DNA of 64,000 nucleotides from Myxococcota bacterium (GTDB lineage Bacteria > Myxococcota_A > UBA9160 > JAFDDA01): NCBI GenBank assembly GCA_965228475.1, contig OZ245817.1:1728001-1792000 (forward strand), written 5' to 3'. Each line of letters opens with the position of its first letter. Position 1 is the first letter of the stretch. Under the pieces are notes generated by a model that saw only the letters and a program-made list of their open reading frames with translations, was not told the origin of the DNA and searched no databases. Both the position numbers and the translations under genes were made by a program. This document shows positions 28,473-38,488 of this stretch, piece after piece.

Positions 28473-29830
28473 GCGCGGACCCCGCCTTCGCCGAAGCCTG
28501 CCGCGGACGGATCGCCGTGGCGGCGCCCGAGATCGCCGAGGGCCGCGTGCGCGGCCTCGTCGGCACCTTGATCGAAGGCGAAGGGCTCGCCGTCCCGGTG
28601 GGCGGGGTTTGCCGGGTGAAACCGGCGGACGGCTCCGCGGCCTTCGTGGCCGAGGTGGTCGGCTTCCGTGACGAACGCGTCCTGCTGATGCCGCTCGGTG
28701 AGCACCACGGCGTCGGGCCGGGTTCGAGGATCGAGGCCGACTCCGCGCGCGCGACGGTTCCGGCCGGCGACGCCTGCCTCGGCCGCGTGCTCGATGCGCT
28801 CGGCCGCCCCCTCGACGGCGGTCCGTCCCTCGAAGGGGCCGAGCCGGTTCCGCTCTATCGCGCGCCCGAGTCCGTGATGGCCCGGGAGCGGATCCACCAG
28901 CCTCTCGATCTCGGCGTCCGGGCGATCGACGCCTTCGCCACCGTGGGCCGCGGCGCCCGGATCGGCGTGTTCGCCGGCTCTGGCGTCGGAAAATCGACGC
29001 TGCTCGGGCAGATCGCCCGTCACACCCGGGCGGACGTCAACGTCATCGCCCTCGTCGGTGAGCGGGGCCGGGAGGTCCGCGACTTCATCGAGCGCGACCT
29101 CGGCTCGGCGCTCGAACGCTCCGTCGTGATCGTGGCGACGGCCGACGAGATGCCGCTCCTGCGGGTGCGCGCCGCGCACGCCGCCACCGCCATCGCCGAA
29201 CGGTTCCGCGACAGCGGCCGCCACGTGATGCTGATGATGGATTCGCTCACGCGCTTCTGCATGGCGCGGCGCGAGATCGGCCTGGCCGTGGGAGAGCCTC
29301 CGACGACCCGCGGCTACACCCCGTCGACCTGGAGCGAACTGCCGCGCCTGCTCGAACGCGCGGGAACGGCGCCGGGCGGCGCGAGCATCACGGGGATCTA
29401 CTCCGTCCTGGTCGAGGGCGACGACCCGAACGAACCCGTCGCCGACGCGGCCCGCGCCGCGCTCGACGGGCACATCAGCCTGACGCGCGAGCTCGCTCAC
29501 CGGGGTCACTTTCCCGCCATCGACGTTCTCTCGAGCGTGTCCCGCGTCATGACCGACGTGGTTCCCGACGCCCAGCAGAGCCTCGCGCGGGCCGGCCGAG
29601 AGGCCCTCGCGACGCTGCGCAAGCACGAAGACCTGATCGCCATCGGCGCCTACACCGAAGGCACCGACCCGGCCGTCGACCGCGCCCGCGCGCTCGAGGC
29701 GCCGCTGCGATCCTTCCTGATCCAGCGGCCCGAGGAGCCGAGCGACGTGGCGAGCGCTTCGGCGGATCTCGCCGCCGTGCTCTCGCCGTCGGCACCCGTG
29801 GCGCCGAAGCCCGCGGAGATGCCGTCGTGA
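28469..29830 (+). CDS. fliI: Flagellar export ATPase
   Basis: FAGSGVGKS, GERGREV, MDSLTRF, GEPPTTRGY, LDGHI. Confidence 0.97.
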   Translation: MSADPAFAEACRGRIAVAAPEIAEGRVRGLVGTLIEGEGLAVPVGGVCRVKPADGSAAFVAEVVGFRDERVLLMPLGEHHGVGPGSRIEADSARATVPAGDACLGRVLDALGRPLDGGPSLEGAEPVPLYRAPESVMARERIHQPLDLGVRAIDAFATVGRGARIGVFAGSGVGKSTLLGQIARHTRADVNVIALVGERGREVRDFIERDLGSALERSVVIVATADEMPLLRVRAAHAATAIAERFRDSGRHVMLMMDSLTRFCMARREIGLAVGEPPTTRGYTPSTWSELPRLLERAGTAPGGASITGIYSVLVEGDDPNEPVADAARAALDGHISLTRELAHRGHFPAIDVLSSVSRVMTDVVPDAQQSLARAGREALATLRKHEDLIAIGAYTEGTDPAVDRARALEAPLRSFLIQRPEEPSDVASASADLAAVLSPSAPVAPKPAEMPS

Positions 29831-30276
29831 AGGGCTTCCAGTTCCGACTCGAACCGGTGCTGCGGGTCCGGCGCCACGCGCTCGAGCAGTGCCGACTCGC
29901 CCTCGCGAAGGCGCGCCGCGCCCTGCGAGAGGCGCTCGCCACGCGCAGCGCCTGCGATGCCGTCCTGCGCGAGGCCCAGGCCATCTGCGCGGACCGGATG
30001 GCGCAGGGTCTGCCGGGCGGGGAGCTGCGCGAGCGACGCAATGCCCTGGCCCACGCGCTCGGAGAGCTCGCCCAGGCGGAGGCGGCGGCCGTGGCCGCCG
30101 AGCAGCAGGTCACGGCAGCGCTGGCGGCGGTGACCCACGCTCGCCGGGAGGTCCGTGCTCTCGAGATCCTTCGCGAAAAGGCACTCACCGAGTACCGGCG
30201 CGAAGCGGCGCGCCGTGAGCAGGCCGAGCTCGACGAGGTGGCATCGCGCGTCCGCGGGCTGGAGGCGGCATGGTGA
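29827..30276 (+). CDS. fliJ: Flagellar export chaperone
   Basis: FQFRLEPVL N-terminus, coiled coil, EQAELDE. Confidence 0.88.
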   Translation: MKGFQFRLEPVLRVRRHALEQCRLALAKARRALREALATRSACDAVLREAQAICADRMAQGLPGGELRERRNALAHALGELAQAEAAAVAAEQQVTAALAAVTHARREVRALEILREKALTEYRREAARREQAELDEVASRVRGLEAAW

Positions 30277-30776
30277 AGACCGGCGTGGCCGGCATGCTCG
30301 CACTGTCGCTCCTCGTCGGAGCCGCCGGCGCGATCTCCGCCGAAGAAGGGGAGGGCCGTCTCGCCGGTCTGCTGGCCTCGCTTCGGGATCGAGAGGTCGA
30401 ACTCGATCGTCGAACCCGAGAACTCGACGAGCGGGAGCGGACCCTCGAGCAGCTCGAGGAGCGCGTGAACGGGCGTCTCGACGAGATCCGCACCATCCAG
30501 CGCGACGTCGAGGCGCGCATCCTCGAGTGGGAAGGGCAGGACGACGCGCGGATCAAGCGCCTCGCCAAGGTCTACGAGTCGATGCCGCCCGATAGCGTCG
30601 CGCCCCTGCTCGAGAACCTCGAGATCGACCTCGCGACCTCGATCGTGAGCCGCATGAAGGCCAAGAAGTCCGGCGCCGTTCTCGCGGTCATGGAGCGGGA
30701 AGAGGCGCTCGTCCTGAGCCGTCGCGTCGCGCGGCCCCTGGCACCGCGGCCCGAAGACGAAGAGGCGTCGCCGTGA
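30270..30776 (+). CDS. MotE/MgtE-N-like flagellar protein
   Basis: Signal peptide, coiled coil, LAKVYESMPPDSVAPLL...MKAKKSGAVLAVM; between fliJ and fliK. Confidence 0.75.
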   Translation: MVKTGVAGMLALSLLVGAAGAISAEEGEGRLAGLLASLRDREVELDRRTRELDERERTLEQLEERVNGRLDEIRTIQRDVEARILEWEGQDDARIKRLAKVYESMPPDSVAPLLENLEIDLATSIVSRMKAKKSGAVLAVMEREEALVLSRRVARPLAPRPEDEEASP

Positions 30777-32347
30777 ACGTCCCCGTCACCGCGATCCTCC
30801 CGGGCGTCGCACCGGGCCTGCCGCCCGCCGCGCAGAGTCTCGCGCAGGGCGTCGCGCCCTCCGCGTTCCTCGATACGCTCACCGGCGCGCTCGCTCGTGT
30901 GCCCGAGACGCGGTCGACCGCTTTGGATCGTCTCGTGGCCCAGCTCGACCGCGAAGCGCCGCGGACCGAGCTCGCGGGCCTCGCCGAAGGCCTCGCGCAC
31001 CCGGCGCTTCCGCAGCTCGTCGCTTCCCTCGTCGGCGCGGAAGGCCGCGCCGCGCGGCTCGCCGAAGCGCTTCCGAGCCCGTCGCCGGTTCCGGGCGGAG
31101 CACCCGCTCCCCAGGCGAACCCGGGTGGCGTCTCGGCCGGTGCCAACGCGGCACCCGCCTTGCCCGTCGACGTGGCGCGCGCCCTCGCCGCCTCCGATGC
31201 GGCGGCGGCTCCCGACGGTCGCCCCGTCGATCCGGCCGGCGCCGCGCCGGCAGACCGTGCCTTGCGAGGCGCTCCCGCGGCCCCGACCCCGGTTCCCGGC
31301 GCTTCGCCCGAGGCTTCCCTGCAGAGCGCTGCCAGCCCGCGAGCCGAGGCCGTGACGGCCGAGGCGCCGCGTGAAGTCGCCGCCGAGGCGCTCCGCAACC
31401 TGGCCAGATCCGCGCGCGGTGAGGGCACCGAAACGCGCCTTGCGAACGAGCGCGTCGAGCCCGCTCCCGCGCAGCCCGCCGGACGCGAGGCCGGCCCGGC
31501 GACGGAGGGTCGGCCGGAGTCGGCCCCCGACGCCGACGGCCGTGCCCGTGACGATTCCGGTTCGCGCTTCCGGGAGGACACCGGCTCCCGCTTCCGCGAC
31601 GACCCCGGCGCGCGCTTCCGAAACGATCCTGCTGCCGCGTTCCGGAACGACCCGGGTGCCGCATTCCGTGACGACCCGGGCGCACGACTCCGCCTGGAAG
31701 GCACCGCACGCATCGGCTCCGAAGGGGCCGCTCGCCTCCCGGACCCGGCGGCGCTGACCCCGCGCGATGCACTCGGCCGTCCGGTTCCCGCGGAGATCGC
31801 CGGAGGGGTGCCCGCTTCTCCCTCCGCTGACGGCGTCCAGAACTCCGCCGCGACGGCGCCCGGCCGGGAGGCCGTGCCCGTCTCCCGAGCGACCGAAGCC
31901 ATGGCCGCCCACGTCCAACGCCTTGCGAACGCCGAGGGCGGAACGGCACGCATCCGCCTGCATCCGCAGAGCCTCGGGGAGCTCCATCTCCAGGTCCGCG
32001 TGCGAGGCCAGGCCGTCCAGGTGACCGTGGTCGCCCATGAGGCGGCGGCGAAGGCGGTCGTCGAGGGCGGGCGCGAGCAGCTCGCCGACGCGCTCTCGAC
32101 GCGCGAGCTCCGCATGGAGAGCTTCGAGGTCCACGGCGCCTCGCGTGACGACACGCGCGACGCCCGGTCCGAGACTGGCCGAGGCCTGCGCGACCCCGCC
32201 CAGGACGAAGGACGTCCGGCCGGCCAGCACGCGCGTGAGGAACGCGACGCGCCGGACGCCGGGCGCATGACGACGCCCGCGACGTTCGCGGGCCTCGCCG
32301 CCCCCTCCGCGCCGCTCGCCGACGGGCGCGGGCACTGGGTGACCTGA
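30773..32347 (+). CDS. fliK: Flagellar hook-length control protein
   Basis: Pro/Ala-rich low-complexity N-terminus; C-terminal ARIRLHPQSLGELHLQV domain; upstream of flgD. Confidence 0.85.
   Translation: MNVPVTAILPGVAPGLPPAAQSLAQGVAPSAFLDTLTGALARVPETRSTALDRLVAQLDREAPRTELAGLAEGLAHPALPQLVASLVGAEGRAARLAEALPSPSPVPGGAPAPQANPGGVSAGANAAPALPVDVARALAASDAAAAPDGRPVDPAGAAPADRALRGAPAAPTPVPGASPEASLQSAASPRAEAVTAEAPREVAAEALRNLARSARGEGTETRLANERVEPAPAQPAGREAGPATEGRPESAPDADGRARDDSGSRFREDTGSRFRDDPGARFRNDPAAAFRNDPGAAFRDDPGARLRLEGTARIGSEGAARLPDPAALTPRDALGRPVPAEIAGGVPASPSADGVQNSAATAPGREAVPVSRATEAMAAHVQRLANAEGGTARIRLHPQSLGELHLQVRVRGQAVQVTVVAHEAAAKAVVEGGREQLADALSTRELRMESFEVHGASRDDTRDARSETGRGLRDPAQDEGRPAGQHAREERDAPDAGRMTTPATFAGLAAPSAPLADGRGHWVT
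31550..31693 (+). repeat. Six in-frame 24-bp tandem repeats in fliK
   Basis: DDSGSRFR EDTGSRFR DDPGARFR NDPAAAFR NDPGAAFR DDPGARLR. Confidence 0.9.
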
Positions 32348-32408
32348 GCGCGCCGGAGACGAACCGACGGATCGGCCGAAGCGGCCGGTCCGACCGCGAG
32401 GAGACGAC

Positions 32409-33134
32409 ATGCTGTCGAGTGAAATCGAAGCCCTGACCGGAGGCGCTGCCCCGGAACCCGAGCCGGAGAGCGCTTCGAGCATCGGCCGGGACGACTTCCT
32501 GCGCATGCTGATCGCGCAGCTCGAGAATCAGGATCCGCTGAACCCGCAGGACCCGAGCGAGTTCACGGCCCAGCTCGCCACCTTCTCGAACCTCGAGCAG
32601 CAGATCGCGATCCGCGACGGCATCGACGAGCTGGTCGAGCTGCAGACGCCCGAACAGGGCCCGAACGCCACCGACTCGCTGCTCCAGTCCCTGACCGCCA
32701 CCAGCATGGTGGGCCGCGAGGTGCTGGCCGCCTCCTCGACCTTCGAGCTGAAGGAAGAGGGCGACCGCCACGATCTGACCTTCGACCTCGCGGCGATCGC
32801 GCCGGACGTGCGGATCGAGATCCGGAACACGAATGGCGTGTTGGTCGACGTGATCGAGGACGGGGAGATCGTCCCCGACAACCAGGCCCTGGCCCAGGGA
32901 CAGCAGACCTACGAGTGGGACGGCCGGACGCTTGCCGGGAACGAAGCTGGGCCCGGGGTCTACCAGTACGAAGTGATCGCGACCAACGGCGAGGAGCGCA
33001 TCCCGGTTCAGCCCCTCCTGAACGGCCGCGTCACCGGCGCGGGCATGGGCAGCGAGCCCCTGCTCTTCGTCGGTGAGGTCGCGATTCCGCTCTCCAGCGT
33101 GATCGAAGTCCGCGAGGCGGGGGCAGACTCCTGA
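32409..33134 (+). CDS. flgD: Flagellar hook capping protein
   Basis: DFLRMLIAQLENQDPLNP, FTAQLATFSNLEQ, WDG, GVY. Confidence 0.96.
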   Translation: MLSSEIEALTGGAAPEPEPESASSIGRDDFLRMLIAQLENQDPLNPQDPSEFTAQLATFSNLEQQIAIRDGIDELVELQTPEQGPNATDSLLQSLTATSMVGREVLAASSTFELKEEGDRHDLTFDLAAIAPDVRIEIRNTNGVLVDVIEDGEIVPDNQALAQGQQTYEWDGRTLAGNEAGPGVYQYEVIATNGEERIPVQPLLNGRVTGAGMGSEPLLFVGEVAIPLSSVIEVREAGADS

Positions 33135-33334
33135 TGCTGCGTCTTCTTCGCGCTGCGCTCCAACGTCTCCGCCGGGCCGAACCGAAGCTCGACTTCGCCC
33201 AGACCCTCCGCCTCGCGCAAGAGCGCATCGAACCCGTTCCCGTGCGTGCCCTCACCCTCGAGCGCGCACTCGTTTCCAACCTCTCCACGACCGATTCCAA
33301 CCATTCCAGAGTCCCCCACGCAGGAGCCAAGTAG
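33134..33334 (+). CDS. Possible 66-aa protein between flgD and flgE
   Basis: TGATG overlap with flgD; stop 1 nt before the flgE ATG; no family recognised. Confidence 0.35.
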   Translation: MLRLLRAALQRLRRAEPKLDFAQTLRLAQERIEPVPVRALTLERALVSNLSTTDSNHSRVPHAGAK

Positions 33335-33335
33335 C

Positions 33336-34640
33336 ATGGGTATCAGCAGTGCACTGTTTGCCGGCATTTCCGGCCTGAACAGCCAGTCCAACGCCATCAG
33401 CGTCGTCGGTGACAACATCGCCAATACGTCGACGCCGGGCTTCAAGGCACGGCGGGCCGACTTCGCCGACGTCCTCGGCCAGTCGATCTCGACCGGTGGC
33501 AACAGCAGCCAGATCGGCGCCGGCAGCCGGACGATCCGGGTGGCTCCGATCTTCACCCAGGGCACGCTCGAATCGAGCGCGCGGACGTCGGACCTCGCGG
33601 TCGAGGGCCGGGGCTTCTTCGTGGTGGACGGCCCGAGCGGCCGGTTCTACACGCGTGCGGGCCTCTTCCAGTTCAACGACGTCGGCCAGCTCGTGGACCC
33701 GAACGGCAACCGCGTGCAGGGCTTCGGGATCGACCCGCTGACCCAGGGCAGCAACGGCCAGCTCGGGGACGTGGTGCTCGACAACAGCGTGTCGGCTCCG
33801 AGTGCGACCAGCCAGATCGAACTCTCCGTGAACCTCGACTCGGGCGCGGCGACCACCGGCGCGTTCGACCCGGCGGACCCGAACGGGACGAGCGATCACC
33901 GGACGGTCGTGACGGTCTACGACTCGCTCGGCAACCCGCACCAGGCGACCGTCTTCTTCTCGAAGACCGGCGCCAACACGTGGCAGTACTCCGTCGCCCT
34001 GCCGACGGCCTCGACCCTGACGCCGCCGGCGAACGTGAACGATCAGTTCGTCGTGATGGCCGGCGGGGGCCAGGGCACGCTGAACTTCGATTCGGCGGGA
34101 GCGTTGACGTCGACGGTTCCGAGCCCGCTCGGCGCGGTGACGTTCGACTTCACGGGCGGGGCCGCCGCGGCCGCCGTTTCGCTGAACCTGGGCCCGGTGG
34201 GTGCCGCGGGGACCGGCGATGCGACCACCCAGTTCGCCAACGCGTCCAGCACCAACTCGTTCTCCCAGGACGGTTTCGGCGCGGGCCTTCCCCAGGCGGT
34301 GACGTTCGATCCCTCGGGCTTCCTGAACGTGCAGTACTCGAACGGTCAGTCGCTGAACGTGGCCCAGGTGGCGCTCGCGAACTTCGCGAACGTCGAGGGC
34401 CTCCAGGCGGTGGGCAACAGCAACTTCGCCGAGTCGACTTCTTCGGGGCAGGTACTGATCGGCGAGCCGCAGACGGGCGTCTTCGGAAGCGTCCGGGGCT
34501 CCTCGATCGAGTCCTCGAACGTGGACCTGGCGGAGCAGTTCGTGCGGATGATCGTCGCCCAACGCGCCTTCCAGGCGAACACGCGGACGATCTCGACCAC
34601 GAACGACCTCATGGGAGCCCTGGTCTCCCTCGGCCAGTAA
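33336..34640 (+). CDS. flgE: Flagellar hook protein
   Basis: GDNIANTSTPGFK, DLAVEGRGFF, YTRAG, VYDSLG, IESSNVDL, QRAFQAN; AGGAG RBS. Confidence 0.96.
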   Translation: MGISSALFAGISGLNSQSNAISVVGDNIANTSTPGFKARRADFADVLGQSISTGGNSSQIGAGSRTIRVAPIFTQGTLESSARTSDLAVEGRGFFVVDGPSGRFYTRAGLFQFNDVGQLVDPNGNRVQGFGIDPLTQGSNGQLGDVVLDNSVSAPSATSQIELSVNLDSGAATTGAFDPADPNGTSDHRTVVTVYDSLGNPHQATVFFSKTGANTWQYSVALPTASTLTPPANVNDQFVVMAGGGQGTLNFDSAGALTSTVPSPLGAVTFDFTGGAAAAAVSLNLGPVGAAGTGDATTQFANASSTNSFSQDGFGAGLPQAVTFDPSGFLNVQYSNGQSLNVAQVALANFANVEGLQAVGNSNFAESTSSGQVLIGEPQTGVFGSVRGSSIESSNVDLAEQFVRMIVAQRAFQANTRTISTTNDLMGALVSLGQ

Positions 34641-34649
34641 CGATTCAGA

Positions 34650-34705
34650 TGCGGGGCTTCGCCCGCGGGCTTCCGTCGCGTCCGGAAGCCGGGGCGGGCC
34701 CCGCA
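34650..34705 (+). terminator. Long hairpin after flgE
   Basis: TGCGGGGC...GGCTTCCG pairs with CGGAAGCC...GCCCCGCA; no U-tract. Confidence 0.55.
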
Positions 34706-34797
34706 CCTGAACGGCCGCTCCGCCGCACCGTGGCCTCGCAGGCCGCGGTCCGGCGGGGTTCGTGACGAAGAATCGCCAGGTCGTGAAGGAGCAAGCC

Positions 34798-35904
34798 ATG
34801 ACCGACGAGCGTCGCCCGGCGGCAGTCTGCATCGCCGCCGGCGCGCAGCAGCTTCCGGTGATCCGCGCGGCGGGGTCTCTCGGGCTGGCCGTCGTGGGCG
34901 TCGATCGGGATCCCGAGGCCGTGGGCTTCGAGGCCTGCGAGGAGCGCGTGCTCGCGTCCACCCACGACCCCTCCGCGGTGTTGCGCCGGCTCGAACCGCT
35001 CGCCGAACGCTACGACTTCCGGAGCGTTCTCGTGCGGTCGGCCGGGCCGCCCGTCGTGACCGCCGCCGTGGTTTCCGAGACGCTCGGCATCCCCGGCGTC
35101 TCGCCCGAGGCCGCGCACCAGATCGTCGACAAGGAACGGCTGCTCGCGGCCTGTGCGGAGGCGGGCATTCCGGCGCCGTCCGTTCGTTCGGCGGCGAAGC
35201 TCGAGGATCTCGAATCTCCCGGCGCGCCGATCCCGCCGCTGCCCTGCATCGTGAAGCCGGCCCTCGGCATGGTGGGCAAGCAGGCGATCCGGATGGTGCG
35301 TGCGGAGAGCGAGCTCGCCGAGGCCTTCGCCGCGTCCCGCGCGGTATCGGCCACGGGCCGGGTCAACGTCGAGGAGTGGGTGCCCGGCTTCGACTGCGGA
35401 CTGGTCTCGGTGGTGCGCGGCGGGGTCCTCCATCCGATCACGCTGATCGACGAGTGGAACGAGATCGACGGGGACGGCGCCGTGCTGCCCCGGGGCGTCT
35501 CGTCCCCCTCGCGGTTCAGCGGCCAGCCCGAAGAGGGCCGGGTGCTCGCGCTGGCGCGCCGGCTCGTCTCCCACTTCGCCCTCGATACGACCGCTTTCAT
35601 GATGGCGTGCCGGGTGCTTCCGGGCGGCGAGCCCGTGCTCACGGAGATCCATCTCGACCTCGGCGGGGATCGCATCCTCGACGATCTGCTCCCGGCCTCC
35701 TCTTCCTGCGACGTGCTGGGGCACGTGGTGGGATTGCTCTGCGAGGCGCCGGGTGAACCGCCGAGCGAGAAGCCGCTCGGCGCCTTCCGCCCTGCGGCGA
35801 TCCGCTTCGGCGCGGACGCCCCCGAGACCCCCGGAGGCCGCACGGCGCGCGTGCTGATCGCCGACGACGCGCCCTCGCTCGAACTGGCGATGGGGCGGCT
35901 GTGA
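34798..35904 (+). CDS. ATP-grasp domain protein (paralog 1)
   Basis: AAGAQQ N-domain, DKE, PCIVKP, VEEWVPG, LTEIH; AAGGAG RBS. Confidence 0.8.
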   Translation: MTDERRPAAVCIAAGAQQLPVIRAAGSLGLAVVGVDRDPEAVGFEACEERVLASTHDPSAVLRRLEPLAERYDFRSVLVRSAGPPVVTAAVVSETLGIPGVSPEAAHQIVDKERLLAACAEAGIPAPSVRSAAKLEDLESPGAPIPPLPCIVKPALGMVGKQAIRMVRAESELAEAFAASRAVSATGRVNVEEWVPGFDCGLVSVVRGGVLHPITLIDEWNEIDGDGAVLPRGVSSPSRFSGQPEEGRVLALARRLVSHFALDTTAFMMACRVLPGGEPVLTEIHLDLGGDRILDDLLPASSSCDVLGHVVGLLCEAPGEPPSEKPLGAFRPAAIRFGADAPETPGGRTARVLIADDAPSLELAMGRL

Positions 35905-36851
35905 GCGGCAGGGAGCGTCAGGTCCTCGTCCTCGGCTGCAACGCCAACCAGGTGCCCTACATCGAGGCGGCCCGTGCGCTCGGCTTCCGGGTGATCGGGA
36001 CGGACCGCAACGCCGATGCGCCCGGAACGGCCCTCGTGGATGCGTTCCACCCGGTGGCCTACGACGACGTCCCGGGCCTGCTCGACGCGGCCCGCAAGGA
36101 AGCGCTCGGCCCGGACGACCGCGTCTTCACGGCGGCGGCCCATCTGGCCTACGAAGGTGCGGTGGAGGTCGCCCGCGCGGCGGGGATTGCCTTCCCGAGC
36201 CGGGACGCCATCCACACCGCCCTCGACAAGACCCGCTTCTACCCGGCCCTCGAGCGCGTGGGGCTGCGAATCCCGAAGACCGTACGGCTGCGGCCGGAGG
36301 ACGAGCCCGAACTCGATGCCGGGCGCGCCTACTGGCTGAAGTCCGACTACGGGAAGTCGCCTCGCTACTGCTGGCGCGTCACGGAAGGGCGGCTGCCGCC
36401 GCGTCCGGAAGCCTTCGACGCGTTCTACCGGGCGGGTTTCTTGCTCCAGGAGGAGATCGTCGGCACTCACCTGCGCGTGAACCTCTGGCCCGGAGACCTC
36501 GCGGTCTTCGAGCGGGACGGCGAGGAATGGCACGCACGGGAGGGGCTTCCGCAGCGCGTCGCCGCCGGACTGCGCGCCTTCGTCGGCAGTCTCGGCTTCG
36601 GGGGCTGGCTCACCAAGTTCGATCTGATCGAGCGGGAAGGGGTGCACTACGTGCTCGACCTCGGTCTCGACCCCCCGCTCCGGCTGCGCCGCGCCTGTGA
36701 AGCGCGAGGCAAGGACTTCGCGCGTGCCTACACCGCGCTCTATCTCTGCGGGGATCCCGCAGGGCTGCCGTGCTGGGAGGCGCTCCGCCGCGGAGCGTCC
36801 GTGCACGTCTCCACGGCCGCCGAAGTGGCAGGGAGTCGCGCGTGCGGGTGA
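35901..36851 (+). CDS. ATP-grasp domain protein (paralog 2, divergent)
   Basis: LGCNANQVPYI...GTDRNADAPG, LDK, WLKSD, LLQEEI, KFD. Confidence 0.7.
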   Translation: MSGRERQVLVLGCNANQVPYIEAARALGFRVIGTDRNADAPGTALVDAFHPVAYDDVPGLLDAARKEALGPDDRVFTAAAHLAYEGAVEVARAAGIAFPSRDAIHTALDKTRFYPALERVGLRIPKTVRLRPEDEPELDAGRAYWLKSDYGKSPRYCWRVTEGRLPPRPEAFDAFYRAGFLLQEEIVGTHLRVNLWPGDLAVFERDGEEWHAREGLPQRVAAGLRAFVGSLGFGGWLTKFDLIEREGVHYVLDLGLDPPLRLRRACEARGKDFARAYTALYLCGDPAGLPCWEALRRGASVHVSTAAEVAGSRACG

Positions 36852-37972
36852 TCGTGGCCAGTGCCCTCGGCGAAGCGCGGCTCGCGGCGTGTCTCGATGC
36901 CCTGCACACGTCCGCCCCCGACTGGCAGCCCGAGGTGCACGTCGTCGAGGAGAGGGGAACGCGGGAGGCGACCTGGAACGCGGGGCTCGACGCGGTGGGC
37001 CGGGACCAGGACGTGCTCTTCCTCGGCGACGACATCACGCTCACGCCCGGCTTTCGGGACGCGCTCGAGCGCGGCGCCGCTCGGGCCGAGATCGTCGGGC
37101 TCTGCACCGTCGACCCGCCGGCCGACGACGGACCGGCCGCGTCGCGAAGGGTCGGAGATCGGGGCTATCGGCTGGCCCGCACCGACGGGCGCGTCACCGT
37201 CGAAGCGCTCGACCGGGGCGAGACGGTCGAAGGGCTCGAACCCTTCGGCGTTCGCGCGTGCGATGCGGTGTGCGGCTGCCTCTTCCTCGTGAAGGCGCCG
37301 ATCCTGCGCGCCGTCGAACGGTTCCGGCCCGAAGGGATGAACCGCTGGGGGGAGCTGATCTTCGCGCTCGAGGCGCGGGCGGCCGGCGCCCGCGTCGCCG
37401 TCGTCGAACACTACGTGGAGCACGCGGCCACGAGCAGCAAGGCGAAGACGGATCCGCTCCTCGCGAGCACGAGCTGGTCCACGGAGCGGCAGCTCTGGTC
37501 CCGCGTGGTCGACCGCTTCGTGCGGGACGAGTGGGTGTCCGACGCCGGAGCGACCCGCATCGACCCGGGCCTCCGCCGCTGGCTCGATCGGCCGGGACGG
37601 CTCGTCTTCTACGGAGCCGGGACCGTGGCGGCGCATCTCCTCGAACACGCCGGCCTCGGGCCCGAACGCGTGCTCCTGTGCAGCGGCCTTCCCGAGGAGG
37701 CCGGCGTTCCGTTCCAGGGCCACGAGATCGTGCCCGTCGGCGCCGTGCGCTTCACGCCGACGGACCGGGTTCTCGTGACCCCGCTCCATCGCGGGGAGAA
37801 GATCGCCCGCGAGGAGATCCTGCCGCGCCTTCCCAGGAACTTCCGCGGCCAGGTGGGCGCCGTCGGGTCCCGGACCGAGCCCGGCGGTGGACGGTCGCTC
37901 TGCCTCGAAGAGCTCGACACCGAGCCCCACTGGGGCGCTCCGCAGGATCCGGAGCCGCTCGAGGTCCGCTGA
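36842..37972 (+). CDS. Glycosyltransferase family 2-like protein with C-terminal small Rossmann-like domain
   Basis: LAACLDAL, TWNAGL, VLFLGDD, AVCGCLFLV; C-terminal LVFYGAG. Confidence 0.7.
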   Translation: MRVIVASALGEARLAACLDALHTSAPDWQPEVHVVEERGTREATWNAGLDAVGRDQDVLFLGDDITLTPGFRDALERGAARAEIVGLCTVDPPADDGPAASRRVGDRGYRLARTDGRVTVEALDRGETVEGLEPFGVRACDAVCGCLFLVKAPILRAVERFRPEGMNRWGELIFALEARAAGARVAVVEHYVEHAATSSKAKTDPLLASTSWSTERQLWSRVVDRFVRDEWVSDAGATRIDPGLRRWLDRPGRLVFYGAGTVAAHLLEHAGLGPERVLLCSGLPEEAGVPFQGHEIVPVGAVRFTPTDRVLVTPLHRGEKIAREEILPRLPRNFRGQVGAVGSRTEPGGGRSLCLEELDTEPHWGAPQDPEPLEVR

Positions 37973-38023
37973 AACCTCCGCCGGGGTCGTGGCGTCCCAC
38001 TTCGTGTGGGTCATTCTCTCGAG

Positions 38024-38488
38024 ATGCTCGTGATGCCGCGCCGATGGCTCGTTTCCGCCGCCCTATTCCTCGGCCTCGTTCTCGGCTTGGGTCTGGCTGC
38101 GCCCGGCGCCGGGGCCGTCGAGTCGTTCAAGAACGCGTGCCGCCTCGACACCCAGCTCTTCTGCAGCGAGGTCGATCCCGAGAGCCCGCGCGTCGAGTTC
38201 GAGCGCTGCCTGCGCGCCAACATGGAGACGCTGACCGAGTCCTGCCGCGCCGTCCTCGACCCGAGCACCGTCCCCAAGCCGGTCCGCCGCTACCCGCCGA
38301 ATCCCTTCGACGTCTGCCGGGACGACTTCCGGCGCCTCTGCCCGCGCGTGCAGGACCGGATGGAGGCCGCGCGCTGCGTGAGCCGGCAGATGAATTCGCT
38401 CTCGGCCGACTGCCGGGAAGCGATCGAGTCCGCCACCCGCCGGCCGGGCTCGGGGTCGAAGGCCCCCGGAACCGCCCCCGCCCCCTGA
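38024..38488 (+). CDS. Secreted protein with two cysteine-rich repeats
   Basis: Signal peptide; ACRLDTQLFC...CL...LTESC and VCRDDFRRLC...CV...LSADC. Confidence 0.75.
   Translation: MLVMPRRWLVSAALFLGLVLGLGLAAPGAGAVESFKNACRLDTQLFCSEVDPESPRVEFERCLRANMETLTESCRAVLDPSTVPKPVRRYPPNPFDVCRDDFRRLCPRVQDRMEAARCVSRQMNSLSADCREAIESATRRPGSGSKAPGTAPAP

Noticed and set aside
31550..31693. Periodic repeat as a possible CRISPR array
   Set aside because: Contiguous, in-frame, diverged coding repeats with no spacers and no cas genes
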